Source: Eledone cirrhosa (Eukaryota). Taken from it: a DNA stretch of 64,000 nt. Under the pieces are notes generated by a model. That model saw only the letters and a list, made by a program, of their open reading frames with translations, searched no databases and had not been told where the DNA came from. Shown here piece by piece: positions 1 through 14,130 of this stretch. Position numbers and translations under genes: made by a program. Each line of letters begins with the position of its first letter. The first letter of the stretch is position 1. The stretch covers positions 50,344,001-50,408,000 of the forward strand of contig OZ024741.1 in NCBI GenBank assembly GCA_964016885.1. Direction: 5' to 3'.

Positions 1-136
1 ACATACAGAGTTTGCCAATAAAATGTATACAGACTTCCAGAAAACAAATTAGTATAGATATTTTAATACTAAGTTTATTCAGATTATAAGCCCAACACTA
101 ACCATTGAGCCATATGCCTTCACACATATCATTATT

Positions 137-170
137 GTGTGTGTGTGTGTGTGTGTCTGTGTCTGTGTCT

Positions 171-213
<43 letters not shown>

Positions 214-254
214 TGTGTGTGTGTGTGTCTGTGTGTGTGTGTGTCTGTGTGTGT
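137..254. repeat. (TG)n microsatellite
   Basis: Directly visible. Confidence 0.95.
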
Positions 255-2702
255 GGAAATAGACAGGAGAAAAAAAAAACAGAGTGTGTGTTATCTCAGA
301 CAATCTTCAATACTTGAATCTTTATTCCCACTATAACAGATAATTTTTTTTAATGTCTATTTTAATATGAGGGGGAGGGGCAGTGCCTGGTTCCCTATTC
401 TTAACTAAGTCTCAGAAACAGACAAATATTCTCTCTTCAAAATCATCTTTACTCAGAGGTTAGTGGGAGAGGAAATGGAGAACTAATATGTACAACTGAC
501 AAGTAGAAGAGGGGGTGCATCACCAGGGACACCTCTTCCTCACCCATTCTCTTCTCTCCATTAAACCTCTTTTACACACATATACCTACAACCATATCTC
601 CATCCACCCAACAAAGGCCCAACCAGATGCAATACATATATATATATACGGGAACTATTATAGGCACCCGTTTTACGTGTGTTGTATTGCAGCGAATAAA
701 TATGTGTATACTCTGGGAATGTGTCCTACATTACCTATTGAGTACGCTGAGATACAACCAGTCCTGGCATTGATAAATATGCTGGGTCCATCAACTTATT
801 ATATATATATATATATATAGTTCTGTATGAACAAGACATGGTCACCTGACCTGACTTACTTCAAACAGGACAACCTGTCTAACACATGCTAGTATGGAAA
901 ATAGATGTTAAACAAAGATGATGATATATATACATATATGATGATATATACACATATATGCATATAGACATACATATACATACATTATGTATATGCATAT
1001 ATATAAATATATATATATATATAATGCATGTACACATAAAACCAGGTAGTCCACACCACCTTCACTCCACTACAGATAGAATGGAGGCAGGTAATGCTGG
1101 CTGGGCATGATGGAAGGATGAGAAAAAGATACTAAAAAAAGATGAAGGTTTGTAATTTCACTCCCTTAGGCAACATGAACTCAGTTATCTTGTTCATCAG
1201 CCCACCCATGCAACATAAGCCCAGTTGTGTTGTTCACTACCACCAGTGAACCACTTTTTTCATACTCCACCACTACCCCTGACATCTCAATATATAAACA
1301 CAACTGCTACCACCACCACCGACATCTATATACACATTATTACAGCAACTACTCCCACAGCACTGCTACCTACATTTGCTCCTACTACTACTACCAGCAC
1401 CACCCACCCATCAACCTACATGAAAAAGATGGGTTTTTCTTTATTTGGAGATAGGGGCTTTCCAAGTAAAATATATCAGATAAAGGACCAACACCAACAC
1501 CTACACCCATATTAATTCAACAATCCAAATTCTCTAACAAATGATTTCTAACTTAGTGCAAGGCCTGAAATTGTGTAAGTGGGGTTTAAGTCAATCAAAT
1601 TGACCCCTAGTGCTAAACTGACACTTATTTTATAAACTACAAACTACAGTACTCAACTGGTACTTATTATAACTGTTGCCCTGCCATGCTGAGAAATGGG
1701 TTGTAAGAGCTTTTTAAAGCAGTATCATATGGCCAGATGCCCTTCCTAACACCAACCTTTTAGTCACCTGTCATGATATGCAGGGATATGGTGTACGTAC
1801 CCCGCTGCTTCTGCTGGAATCCACTAGATAACGCTAGCTGTCAGGCTTTCAATATTCATAGATAGAAGGCTTTCCAAATGTGGGTTAAACATACCATATA
1901 TCATGGGATATACGAAATTCACATACTTGTATGTATACAGCTATGTCAGAGCAAAATTTTTATTATATATATTCACAGTGTATCAAAATGGCTATATATT
2001 TTTTAAACAAATGACCATATAATCATATATATAAATATTGTATAATGCATGCCTGAATATGAAGTTTTATTCATTTTTTTTATAACTTTTATAAAATTTT
2101 AGAAAGTTTTTTTTTTACATATTAAGCATTTATAAAAATTGTAAATAAAATCAGATGATTCTTTTTGATACATCGCACGCACGCGTGTAAGTATGGAAAA
2201 TGGACGTTAAATAGTGATGATGATATATATAATACCCTAAGTAGTGAGTACTCTGGTGCGTTGCGGCTCACCTGGTATCTTACCACACCCTCTTTGTTTT
2301 ATATATATATATATATATATAATATACACACACAATTGGAGTGGGTGTATAGAGAAGCAAAACATACATATACACTAATCACTGGCTTGGTTAGTTGAGA
2401 TGCTGAGTATAATGGTAGTGGTGGCATTGATGATGTTGATGCCAGTAGTGCTGATGTTGGAGGATATGGTTGTGATGATAATGATAGTGGTGATGGAAAC
2501 AGCAATTATTAGTAATGGAGATGATGACAAAATAGAAGTATTGTCAAAAATGTTGTGGAATATTTCAGTTAGTTCAGCCACCTATATATATTTAAGTTTT
2601 GTAGTTCACCACAATGTAATAGTAGGAAAAGCACTCTACGCTATGCAACCCATCCACCGTTGATGTTGAATCTTGTGGCTGCTGCAGGAATGGAGTTAAA
2701 TA

Positions 2703-3039
2703 TTTATTTGATTAAGACAACAGGAGGTCGGACTGGGGATATCCTTATAAAGTTTTTATATCCTTATAAAGTTTTATTGTTACAAAAACCAGGTGCAGAT
2801 TGCATAATTAGTTAATCAATAAAAGGAATCATGGCAAACACAAACATCTCTGAATCAAATATTTTCTCTATTCTTTGTTTGTGTTTTTGCTTTAATTCCT
2901 TTTACTGATTAACTAATTATGCAAACTGCACCTGATGATGTCATCAGGGTCTTACATAACCACACCATTAAAATATATATATATAATGTTTTTGCAACAA
3001 TAAAAATTTAAAAGTATTCTGTTGTTTTAATCAAATAAA
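2703..3039. repeat. Nested fold-back island
   Basis: 2790-2829 mirrors 2895-2934. Outer TTTATTTGATTAA.ACAACAG mirrors 3019-3039. Mini-palindrome CCTGATGA-TG-TCATCAGG at ~2931. Confidence 0.75.
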
Positions 3040-3175
3040 AGCCAGCACTATAAAGTGTTCATGTAGGTGTCACAACAAAAAGTACCCAGCAGACACTGTA
3101 ATGTAGTTGGCATAGGAAAGGCATCCAGCCATGTCCACCAAGACATGATCACCAGGTTAAACGATGATGATGATG

Positions 3176-3212
<37 letters not shown>

Positions 3213-4314
3213 CTGGCTATATTAAACTGTGTGTATCAAAAGGGTGTATAAGGCAGATTCACTGTGTATGTCTATATATATACATATATATGTGTGTATC
3301 CCGGGTTCAATCGGGGGTAACCACAGTAAGTAAGGTACTCAATACATAGAGTATATATAATATTTAATGTAAAAATGGCTTCTAAGGACTATAACAGGGC
3401 TTTCCTTTGAATGAAACAGTTCTAGTCCTGTAGAAGCCACTTCTAAATATTATATATATATATCATGATGATGATGATGATGGTGATGCTGGTATATGAG
3501 TATGTCAATTGGTTATATATATAGATTTGTTATAGAGAAATGTTTTGATGATGAACTTTTATCACTAAGATTGGCACATACACACATACACAAAATATTT
3601 GGCTCTTCATACATTTGCTTCACTTCTCCTTTCCCCTCAACCACACAACCCACTTATACTTACGTAAGGTAAGTATCTGCAACAACTGCATATCAAACCC
3701 ACCCCAACACCTAGACACCCTGCATTCATCCATGCCACACTACCACTCTACAACCATTCCATCCACATACACAAACTTCCACAGAGTTACAAGGGTGAGG
3801 TTTTCTTTGTCTTATTCTTTAATATCCAAGAGAAATGGGTGGCATGAAATAGGCAATAAAAGAAAAGGCAGAATATGAAGAGTGGGAAATTCACCCACTC
3901 CTTCTCCTTTCTCTCTCAACAACATTCTAATGGTTAATTCCAGTCTAAAGATAAAGCTGGAGTAACCACAAGAACACAAGAAGTTTACTTTGAGATTACT
4001 AAATGACAACAGTTGCTAGCCTTACTCACACACAGATTAGCCACACCAAGTGTTGAGTGAGGGTTTTAGGCTGATAAACCATACAACGAATTGGCAGAGT
4101 CATGCCAGTACTGAATTAAAAAACACCTTGGTATTTTCTCCAGCTCACTGCATTCTAAGTTCAAATCCTCCCACAGACAACTTCATTTTTCATCCTCTCT
4201 CTCGAAAAAAAAAAAAAATTGACTGAGTTCTGCTGACCTGGAGAAAGATGGGCTCTACTAGGTTTAAAATGCCCAAGACATGCCATCATGAGTTAGGGGC
4301 TCTTTACCTTTTAA

Positions 4315-4523
4315 CCCTTTAGCATTTACATTACTCTATATTTACTATTGTATTTTTGTGGTAAAGGCTTTACCTCACATAATATCAAATCTACAAGATT
4401 TGGATATTTATTCATTTTGAGAACATTACCTTAACACCAGTATGACTGGCCAGTTATGGCCAGTTTGAACAGAAAGAGGTGAGAGAATTCTGGCCGGATG
4501 CAGCCAGTTTAAATGCAAAAGGG
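4315..4523. mobile_element. piggyBac-like MITE
   Basis: TTAA|CCCTTTAGCATTTA ... TAAATGCAAAAGGG|TTGA. An inverted homologue lies at 18932-19090. Confidence 0.7.
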
Positions 4524-5492
4524 TTGAGCTATTAGCTACTCATACTATGTACTGAGGTAAATTGCATAACCACCTCTCACTCTGGAATGAGTAACTTGGT
4601 GTTAGCAAGATGGGCGTAAATAACTAAAGGAACCTGTCAGAAACATACAACATGCTACTGGATTACATTGTGACCATATCCCGCCGAGGTTAACTTTGCC
4701 TTTCATCTTTACGGGGTCGATAAAATAATGTACCAGTAATACACTGAGATAATTTATGGCCTTGTGCCAAAAGTAGAAACAATTATTTTCAACACATTAT
4801 TTTCAACATACACACATTGACAGAAAAATAGAGACACATACACATATTAGAAAGAAATACACATGCAAACAAATACTACTACTTCTATTATCAATAATGC
4901 TAACCACTAGTATCCAATGTTTGCCAAATTGGCTCTACAAAAGAGTTTTGGGAGATGTTTGTTTACCAAAACATACAGATAGTTATTTACTTAACCTATT
5001 ACAATAGAAACTATTTTTGGATAATGTTGGAATTATGATTAGAAAAATATAATAATAACAAAAATAACAATGATTGGTGCCTCAGCATGGGCACAATCTA
5101 CTGGTTGGCACCAATAAAATAGCAATCTACAAACTAATCAACAGTAGCAGCAACAGCAATGTTTAAACAACTGTTTCTCTATACTAATATGGGTTGGATA
5201 GGTCTGCCATATATGTATAGTAGTAGTAATCTCATCTGGCTTTGTCAGGGTATATTTATACATAAAACAAATATAGTCATAAGAGATTCTCAGTAAGTTA
5301 CTTCAAAAAGATATTGACAATCTTCAGATTGTCTGAGAATGTTGATTCATTCAAAATTGTTGCACCCAAGCAATTCACATCACATAACCATACTAACACA
5401 TTTGTTGTCCTTCCTGCATATTTTTTCATTTCAACATACACACACCTTACTCTAAGCAATATCATACTGGTATCAGTACAGCTTCCTTCCAG

Positions 5493-5636
5493 GAATGGAG
5501 AACATTTCTTCTTCCACTAATGGAGAACATTTCTTCCAGGAATGGAGAGCATTTCTTCTTCCATTAATGGAGAACATTTCTTCCAAGAATGGAGAGCATT
5601 TCTTCTTCCACTAATGGAGAGCATTTCTTCTTCCAG
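5493..5636. repeat. ~22-25 bp minisatellite
   Basis: AATGGAGA.CATTTCTT(CTT)CCA repeated about 6 times. Confidence 0.85.
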
Positions 5637-5889
5637 GAAATTGCTGAAATTTTCATAAAGCATCATCATAATACATTGTATATACACTTACATGTTATTG
5701 ACATACAAATAGACACAGACACATATGCAGCCATACACACACACACACACCTGATTACAATAAGCTAATTCAGCATTGCCCAGAAAGATAAAGGGATGAA
5801 TTTATAAGGAACATTCTATAGTGGACACTGTCTGTTGATGGAAGTGTGTTTGTGACTATGTATGTAAGCATGTCTGTGTGTATGGAAGC

Positions 5890-5891
<2 letters not shown>

Positions 5892-5928
<37 letters not shown>

Positions 5929-5971
5929 TGTGTGTGTGTGTGTCTGTGTGTGTGTCTGTGTGTCTGTGTGT

Positions 5972-6060
<89 letters not shown>
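5892..6060. repeat. (TG)n microsatellite
   Basis: Directly visible. Confidence 0.95.
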
Positions 6061-6063
<3 letters not shown>

Positions 6064-6363
6064 ATGCATGCGTGTGCATATGTGTGGACATTAAAAGATG
6101 CTGTCCCTTTCTTGACTGGCTTAAAATATAATTTACTCTGGCTAGCTAACAACTGCCTCAGAGAAACAACAGATGTGTCAGCAGGGACTACTGTGTGTGT
6201 GCGTGTGCGTGTGTGTGTGTGCATTCTAGGTATACTAATTGGTCTATTGCTATGAAAACAAATTACGAAAAACGTTTTCCAGGGATATAGACAGGATCAT
6301 CATGATATACTATATCTTCTTAATTTATTTAGATTATGTATGTGTGCATATATACACATAAAC

Positions 6364-6417
<54 letters not shown>

Positions 6418-6448
6418 GCATAGTTAATACAAAGCATTGCGAGATATG

Positions 6449-6815
6449 TAGTAAATGACCTATGAGTTTTTTTAAAAGCGGATTCAATGGAGTACAAAAT
6501 ACGAAGGGCAAATGATGGTAAATGAAACAAAACAAAGTAATGTTTTACCCAGTGTCTTGTCACAATATTTCAGGGCTATTACCCTCTTTCAGATGTGAGG
6601 CTGAAACAGTCCAAGATAAAACAAATGAACGATTTGAGCTTTCTTCTGAAACAGCCTCGCGTCTAAAAAGAAGGTAATTGCCCTGAAATATCATACCATA
6701 ATACACTGGGTAAAACATTACTTTGGTTTTGTGGTGTTTCATTTACTATCATTTGCCCTTTGGATTTTCTATCACATTGTATCAGCTTTTAAAAAAAAAT
6801 TATCGGTCTTTACTA
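6449..6815. repeat. Fold-back element (~155 bp imperfect arms)
   Basis: AAGGGCAAATGAT.GTAAATGAAACA, CAAAGTAATGTTTTACCCAGTGT and ATATTTCAGGGC are each mirrored in 6652-6815. Confidence 0.85.
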
Positions 6816-7224
6816 TATATATATATATATATATAAAGCAGTTGGCTTAAGAAACATTGGGAACACAATAATAGTCAATCCTATAGATAATAGTTCAGAA
6901 AAGTACCCCTAGAGATGGAAAAAGATGAACAGCGATGCCTGCAAGGAACTGAACCCTGCACCTCTGGAATGTTGTGTGAATGCATGCACCCATATGTAAA
7001 CTGAAGGTGAGGAAGATGGGTTGGGCAAGGGAGGTAAATCAAAGAAGGTCTGCTGTAGCTTTCCATGGAGGAAAGAAAATAGATATAAACCTAAATGTTT
7101 CATCTCTGCTCTGCTTCTTCCAGTTTAAGATGGGGGGGGGGGGGGGACATGGGCAGGAGAGGAGTGAGGACAATACTGGCAGGTGGGAGCCATCTGCTCC
7201 ATGCTTGTTTCACCCCACATATGT

Positions 7225-7570
7225 GACAAAGTGTAGTACGCTATGTCGCTAGTCATCTCAATCCTAGACCATCCCTTTCGTGAGGTCCAGCTGCATAAGT
7301 TCAGCCTTCACAACATCATTCCAAGTTTTCTCAGTTCCATCGACATTGAGCGCTCTGCATTTCTTTATGCGACTGTCATCTTCCATATGCATTATATGTC
7401 CAAACCAATACAGTCTCCTCTCCTGCACCTCATCTGATCCCTCTTATGTCTAGTTTTTCTCTCAGCTCATTGATGTTTGTCTTCCATGTATACCACTGTT
7501 ACACCCCTATTGGGGCATGATCACCTCCTTTCTTTCTCAACACAAAAAACCCAAGTCTCATTTGCAGCAT
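7225..7570 (-). mobile_element. RTE 3' relic
   Basis: The reverse complement encodes degenerate LREKLDIRG..RRLYWFGH...KTWNDVVKAEL. Confidence 0.6.
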
Positions 7571-7632
7571 TGCCACACATACACACACATACATACATGT
7601 TATCTATATATAACATTTATTAGTGATGATGA

Positions 7633-7678
<46 letters not shown>

Positions 7679-8979
7679 GTGTGTGTGTTTGTGTATATAT
7701 ATAGAGGATGTGAAATAAAGATAGATACTGTGACAAGAGAGGGAGGAAGCCATCAATTTAAGCAATCCCTGAAAGACAACTATAAACCAACTACATACAA
7801 TCAACATTAACAGTGTAGTAATGACAATGGTAGTGATAGTAATAGTGTTGGTAATATTAGGAACCCTTACTACTACTACTACTACTACTACTACCAACAG
7901 AGCTGGGGTGTGTATGTGCGTGTGTCAGTACAGTTCCCAGCTGCCTTTATCCACTGCAGTCTGTTGAAGGGATGATGAATACCTTAATATATGCAGAACT
8001 CTCAGCTGTGAGGGACTACTGTAACACAACCTTACTGTTTAAACACACACAGCTTCCTTGCCTCACTTTCCATTACAAACCTTATAAAGATAGGTTCTAG
8101 ATGTGTCAAACAGTAATTACACACACACATATGTGTGTGTGTGTGAACGTACAGTGTGTGTGTAAGCATGCTTATGTATTTTGTTTCACATTCAAGTATA
8201 AGTGTATGGATGGGTAATTATATTCATGAATGAGGTGTATTTCTGAGTGTCTCAATGTATGTGTGTGTCTGTGTAATTTAATGTATGTGTAAGTGTGTGT
8301 AAGGGGATCAATGGGAGGGGGAATAAGGATTCTGTGCTTGCATTCTCATATGTGTGTCTGTGTGTGTGAGACAGAAATAGAGAGAAACCAAGTGTGTGTG
8401 GCGGTGGCGGATACATGTGAGCTCTGTATATATAAGTGTCTGTGTTTGTGTCTGCAACTGAATATTTGCACAGCTATGTGCATGTGTGTGAGAGAGATAG
8501 AATGTATGTGTGTGTATGTGTGGGGAGGGTTAAATTATCCTGCCCTCCTCTTCATGCTTCCAATCCATTATTTTACTCAATTGTCAAAGCCATTAATCTA
8601 CAATTAACTCAGAACAACTATTACCAACACACCACCAATCTCCATTACCACAACCCACATAAACCTCTACATGGTCACTGGACTCGTTAGAAATGGCAAC
8701 TAAATCTACCTCAAATCATACCTAGTCATCATAGAAAAAGACATGCAAGAAAATGAGTCCCCAAGCTCCCTGCATATCAACTGTTATATCTTTGATCACA
8801 GGTTTACTTAATCAAGGCTAAAAAGGTGTGGAAGGACTAAACAACAATGACAACAACCACCCATAGCCGACCACAAATACAACATACCATCCTCTACCAC
8901 CATCCCCACTGGCATTGAAATAACCATTGCAGAATACAGACATGCACTAAATGGTTCTTTAATGATAATAATAATAATA

Positions 8980-9520
8980 GTGGTTTCTGATATAGGCACA
9001 AGGCCAACAATTAGGGAGGAAAGTCAATTAAATTGAGTCCAGTGCATTAGTGGTACTTTATTTTATCAACCCTGTAAGGATGAAAGGCAAAGCTAACCTC
9101 GGTAGGATTTAAACTCAGAATGTAAAGGGACATATTAAATGCTATGAAGCATGTTGTCCGACACTACCAATACTGCCAATCCATAATAATAATTGTATCT
9201 ACTTTTGGCACAAGGCCAGCAATTACCCAGTGCATTACTGGTACTTTATTCTATCGACCCCGTAAGGAAGAAAGGCAAAGTTAACCTCGGAGGGGATTTG
9301 AACTCAGAATGGCAAGGGCCGTAACTCTATGCTTCAAATCATGGCGTCCGACCTTCTACCGATGCTGCCAATCCAACATAATAATAATATGGACACAAGG
9401 TCGACATTTTGGGGGAAGGGAGGGGGGGGGGGGGGCATTAAGTCCATTACATGACTCCAGTACTTTATTAGTACTTTATTTTATCAACCCCGAGAGGATG
9501 AAAGCAAAACTGACCTCAGG
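8980..9520 (-). mobile_element. Cluster of three tandem core-SINE copies
   Basis: Three successive reverse-complement matches to the core (GTACTTTATT.TATC.ACCC...AGGA.GAAAG..AAA) at ~9050, ~9240 and ~9470. Confidence 0.75.
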
Positions 9521-9964
9521 CTGAATGCCAATCTTGATGCCAACCATCACTTGTTCTTTAAGTATGGATCTCAGCATATCTATCCACTGAACAGTGGCAC
9601 CTCTTAACAGGAACATTGGGACCTCATAACAGAAAACACAATCAAATACCACTGCCTTTCAAATGTGAAGATGTGTGTACACGTGCGCACACGTATGCAA
9701 GTGTGTGACTGTGTGTATACCTGTGTTTATGTTTACACCAGTCTAAAAAATTAGTTGTGTATCTCTTCACAAGTCCAACAAATAAAAATTGATAAAATAA
9801 GTACCAAAATGAATTGGGGTCGGTATGCCCCAGCATGACCAGAGTCTAATGATGGAAACCAATTTTTAAAAAAATGGAGGAATAGACAAAGAGGGGGAGG
9901 GAAGATTTGGGGACAAAGACAGATTTTACTATATGAACCTCAGTGGTTAACTGGTATTTATTTC

Positions 9965-10165
9965 ATTAATGTAATTTGGAATGTGAATTGGCAGTATCGG
10001 TAGAGAGTCGGACGCCATGCTTTCCAGCATAGATACGTCTCTTTACAGTCTGAGTTCAAATCCCGCCGAGGTTAACTTTGCCTTTCATCCTTACGGGGTC
10101 GATAAAATAAAGTACCAGTAATGTACTGGGTAAATACTGGCCTTGTGCCAAAAGTAGAAACAATT
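9965..10165 (+). mobile_element. SINE with conserved core (Meta/MESC-like)
   Basis: B box GAGTTCAAATCC followed by GCCGAGGTTAACTTTGCCTTTCATCCTTACGGGGTCGATAAAATAAAGTACCAG. Family name is from memory. Confidence 0.75.
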
Positions 10166-10603
10166 AATGTAATAAGTACATCTCTTTTGGATTATATATG
10201 TGTGTGTGTGTACTCATACACAAACACACAAATATATGAGGTGGGGAGGGCTTTATCATATATACATGTATGTAAAGCCCAATTCAATCCTCACTCATTC
10301 CATCTGCCAGCAATGCACCTACTGACTAAAATAACCCAAAGTGTGTCAGTTTCCATGGCAATGCTGAAGACAATGTCCCTGTGAATGGCAATAGATTTGA
10401 TAAAGTGCACAGGCTGACCTAAGTAGACTTATGCAGATATCTAAACAGATAGAGAGAAGTGGCAGAGCCATATCAAATGTCAGCAGCAGCAGCAGCAGTG
10501 GTGGTTGTAGTGGTGGTAGGAGTAACAGCAGCAGAGATAATAGTGACAGTAATGGTACCAACTAGGTTATAAAATGGCAGACACAGTCTTCACAGATTAT
10601 GTC

Positions 10604-10659
<56 letters not shown>

Positions 10660-10884
10660 TATAAGGACCGTGACAAGTGGAGAGATGCTGTGCTGAATAG
10701 GACCCGTCCAACCCTTGCAAGCAGGTAAAAGCGGACATATGATGATGATATATATATATATAAAGAGAGAGAGACAGAGAACAGAACTTAGAATCACAAG
10801 GGTTCAGAGTAAACCTAGCAAAGACCAAAGTTTTAGTATGTAGGAAAGAGGTTAATACTGATCCCACCAGGAAGTAGCTGTGCT

Positions 10885-11667
10885 CATCATTTTTACATCC
10901 GTTTTTCCACACTTGCATGGGTTGGACAGGTCCTTTTCAGCACAGTATCTCTCCACACACTGCATTCCTTCATCATCGCCTCTGTGAGATCAGCTCTTAC
11001 CACCTCTGCCCAGGTCTTTCTTGGCCTACCTCTACCATGCCTTCCTTCTACTGGGATTTCCTGGCACCTCTTCACCCAGTGATCATCATCCATGCACATC
11101 ACATGTCCGTACCAACACAGTCTTCTTTCCTGTATACCACCTCGGATTCCTCTTAAACCCATTTTCTCCCTCAGTTCATCCAATCTCTGCCTTTCTCTCA
11201 TATTTACATTGCACAACCAACAAAGCATGGTTGCTCCATTTCTCTTCAGTTTACACATATCCTCTGCAATCACAGCCCATGCTTCACTACTATGCAGCAT
11301 TGCACTTCACACACAGGCATTATACAGTCATCCTTTTGTATGTAGGGAGAAATCTTTTGTTGTCAACAGTGGGAGTAGCTCTCTAAACTTCTTCCATTCT
11401 ATCCTTATTGTAGCTATTGTGCTTTCAGAACACCCTCCTCCGCTGCTAATTAAATCACCTAGATAGCAAAAGGTAGATGTAATTGTCACCATTCTATTTC
11501 CTACATTGATAATTGTCAATTATTCTAACTACCTCTATCACCTTATCTATCTATTTCTCAGCTAGTAGATGCATACACCACCTACCCCATTGTCATTTCC
11601 TACCCAGTAAAGTTTATATCTGTTGTTTACCTGTGAATAGTCTCACTGAGGCACCTCTCCATCTCAC
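10885..11667 (-). mobile_element. RTE relic (EN piece fused to 3' end by internal deletion)
   Basis: YLGDLISSGGGCSE, WKKFRELLPLL, RRLCWYGHV and GRGRPRKTW, with a (GAT)n-type tail. 11520-11667 encodes EN-like RWRGASVR...YWVGNDNGVGGV. Confidence 0.85.
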
Positions 11668-12425
11668 TTGTAGAAAAGAATTAGGTAGGAACTCTATGTA
11701 CTCAATGTAAAGTATGGGTACACAAGAGATGTAGGCAAACTAACAGAAAATACAGATCTTTTCATGTGACAAATACATAGGAATATTGTAGTAAGAGCAG
11801 CAGTGAAATAAACCTTTTCCAATTTCAGGAAGGTACCATAGAAGTGGTTGATAGTTTCTGTTACTTAGGTGACTTAACAGTGGGGGGGGGGGGGCTCTGA
11901 CAGCATAGTATCTAGAATAAGAACAGGTTGTGGAAAGAGCTACTATCTTTGTTGACAAGAAGTGTAAACTGTATGATACCTGTACAAGATGTGATGTTGC
12001 ATGGCAGTGAAACATGGGTGATAAATGCAAAGGACATATGGAGCCTAGAAAGAAATGAAGTGAGTATGCTCTGTGGGATGTGCAATATTAATGTACATGA
12101 GCGACAGGGCATAGATGAACTAAAAAAAAACTGGGTATAAAAGGAATCAGATGTAGTGTGCAAGAGAGAAGAGTACACTAGTTTGGAAATGTGATGCATA
12201 TGGATGAGGAATGCTGGGTAAAAAAGTGTCAGGAAATGCCAGTGGAAAGAAGCTGCAGTAAAGGAAAACCAAGAAAGATCAAGCCAAAGGTGGTTAGAGT
12301 TTATATCAAAATGCTGACCTCACAGAGGTGATAAAGGCATGCTGAAAATAGAAGCAGGCTATGCTGGAGAGGGCACATTCAACCTAAGCAAGCTTGGAAA
12401 TATGGATGTAAAATGATGATGATGA
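11668..12425 (+). mobile_element. RTE 3' relic
   Basis: CRKELGRNS..CKVWVHKRC, DSFCYLGD, MLHGSETW and LERNE; ends in GATGTAAAATGATGATGAT. Confidence 0.85.
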
Positions 12426-13849
12426 TATATCCAGAAAGAGAACTTGGAGCCTGCATGGAGTGGGGAGGTGCTTTTTAGACTGCACTGTATAAAACAACTT
12501 TTCTAATGCTGATGTCACAATAGAACTCACTCAGCAGTCCCTGTAAAGTGGTAGACGAACAGACCAAAATAATGTAGCGTAAAAAGGACACTTTGGCCCA
12601 GTCGAGGACATGACCTCTCTAATTTTGGTGTCATGAAAAAATGCATCCATTACACTCTATAAAGTGTGTGGTGTTAGAAAGGACCCCCAACCATAGAAAC
12701 CACGCTCAACATGGAATGTATGGGAAAGATGAGGTTCTCCGACAAGTCTAGTTTCAAACTGTAACCCATCCAGCCCATGCCAGCATGGAAATCGGAAACA
12801 AAGTATAGAGAATACTTCTCCATATAACCTTGTTTAAATATATATATACAAACAAACACACACACATAAATCAGAATTTACAAAAGGAAAAGTGTGCATA
12901 GAATAAAAAAAATAATTTTTTTTTTTTAAATCACACATACACACACTTATACAAAATTGCAATACATACATATATATATATATACACATACATACACACA
13001 GAGTCTTATACAATGCATACATTCTTACATCTTTCTCTTGTCTATCTATCTGTGTATGTATATCTATCAATATCTACTGATCTACCTATCTATCAGGACT
13101 ATGAAAAAGAAAGAGAAAATCAATAACTGGTTCAACAAACTACACACACTACCACCTCCGAAAGCAATCTTGCCTCTAACAACTAGGATGGATTTAATAC
13201 TATATTGGGAGGGAGGAGTAAGGAAACATAAAATATCAATATTGGTATAATGGTGTGGTTGATGCATTAGAGTGTTGCATAGAATCTCTTGAGCTGTCAC
13301 TTCCAGTTCTTTGAAATCTGAGTTCAAATCCTACCAAAGTCAATTTTTATCTTTCATCCTTTTGGAACCTATAAAGTATAAGTTCAACACACCGAGGTTG
13401 TCTCTCTCTGGATAACACCAGCTGTGGATAGACCTTAAGAGAGATAGGCTCTGCCAGGTTTAAAATGCTTCAAACATGTATGTTATGACAGCACCCTTAC
13501 AACTCTATCAGAAATTGAGGGCTCAAGACAAAAATGATGTATATCTGTGTGTCTATGTGTACTGGTCAAATTCAGGAAAGATGGTGGTGTCTTCAACCTC
13601 TAGTGTTACCACCACCCTTAAGAAGACAAAAGTGGTATTTCAAGCAAAACCATTCCTTCTATTTCATGACCCAATTATCTATGGACCCTTAACTCTCGGT
13701 GGAGACATAGGGACGCTATCCAGATATACAGTTCATCCCTTTGCAGGCTGGAAAACTACTAATTTCTTTCAGAAAGAGAAAGAGATATAGAGGGAAAATC
13801 GACCCCAGTACTGAACTAGTACTTGATCACCTTGAAAGGAAAGCAAAGC

Positions 13850-14130
13850 TGTTTTTTAGGCAGGACATATAGCTCACAGGAAGGACAGCCAAATACCAAA
13901 GGCTCTGTTTTATGGGGAGGTAGCCATTGGCCAACCTTCTCAAGGGAAGCCAGCATAAGAAGGAGGTATCAGAAAGTTTTGAAATTCATCCTCAAAGTAT
14001 GAAACATTCCTGCCGATAACTGAGACAAGACAGCACTTAGCCAGTTAAACTGGCAATCAAAAGTGTTATGAATGTCACCACTACACCAAAGTTCAAGATT
14101 GACCTCTTACCAGTATCCAATATGCCTGAC
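13850..14130 (+). mobile_element. Ancient RTE C-terminal relic
   Basis: AGHIAHRKDSQIPKALFYGEV..G.P resembles the RTE W.GHV.RM...PK..LYGEL motif. Confidence 0.55.

Noticed and set aside
79-6255. HT/CV/YI dipeptide-repeat ORFs here and at 56966-57391
   Set aside because: Translations of (CA)n, (TG)n and (TA)n microsatellites.
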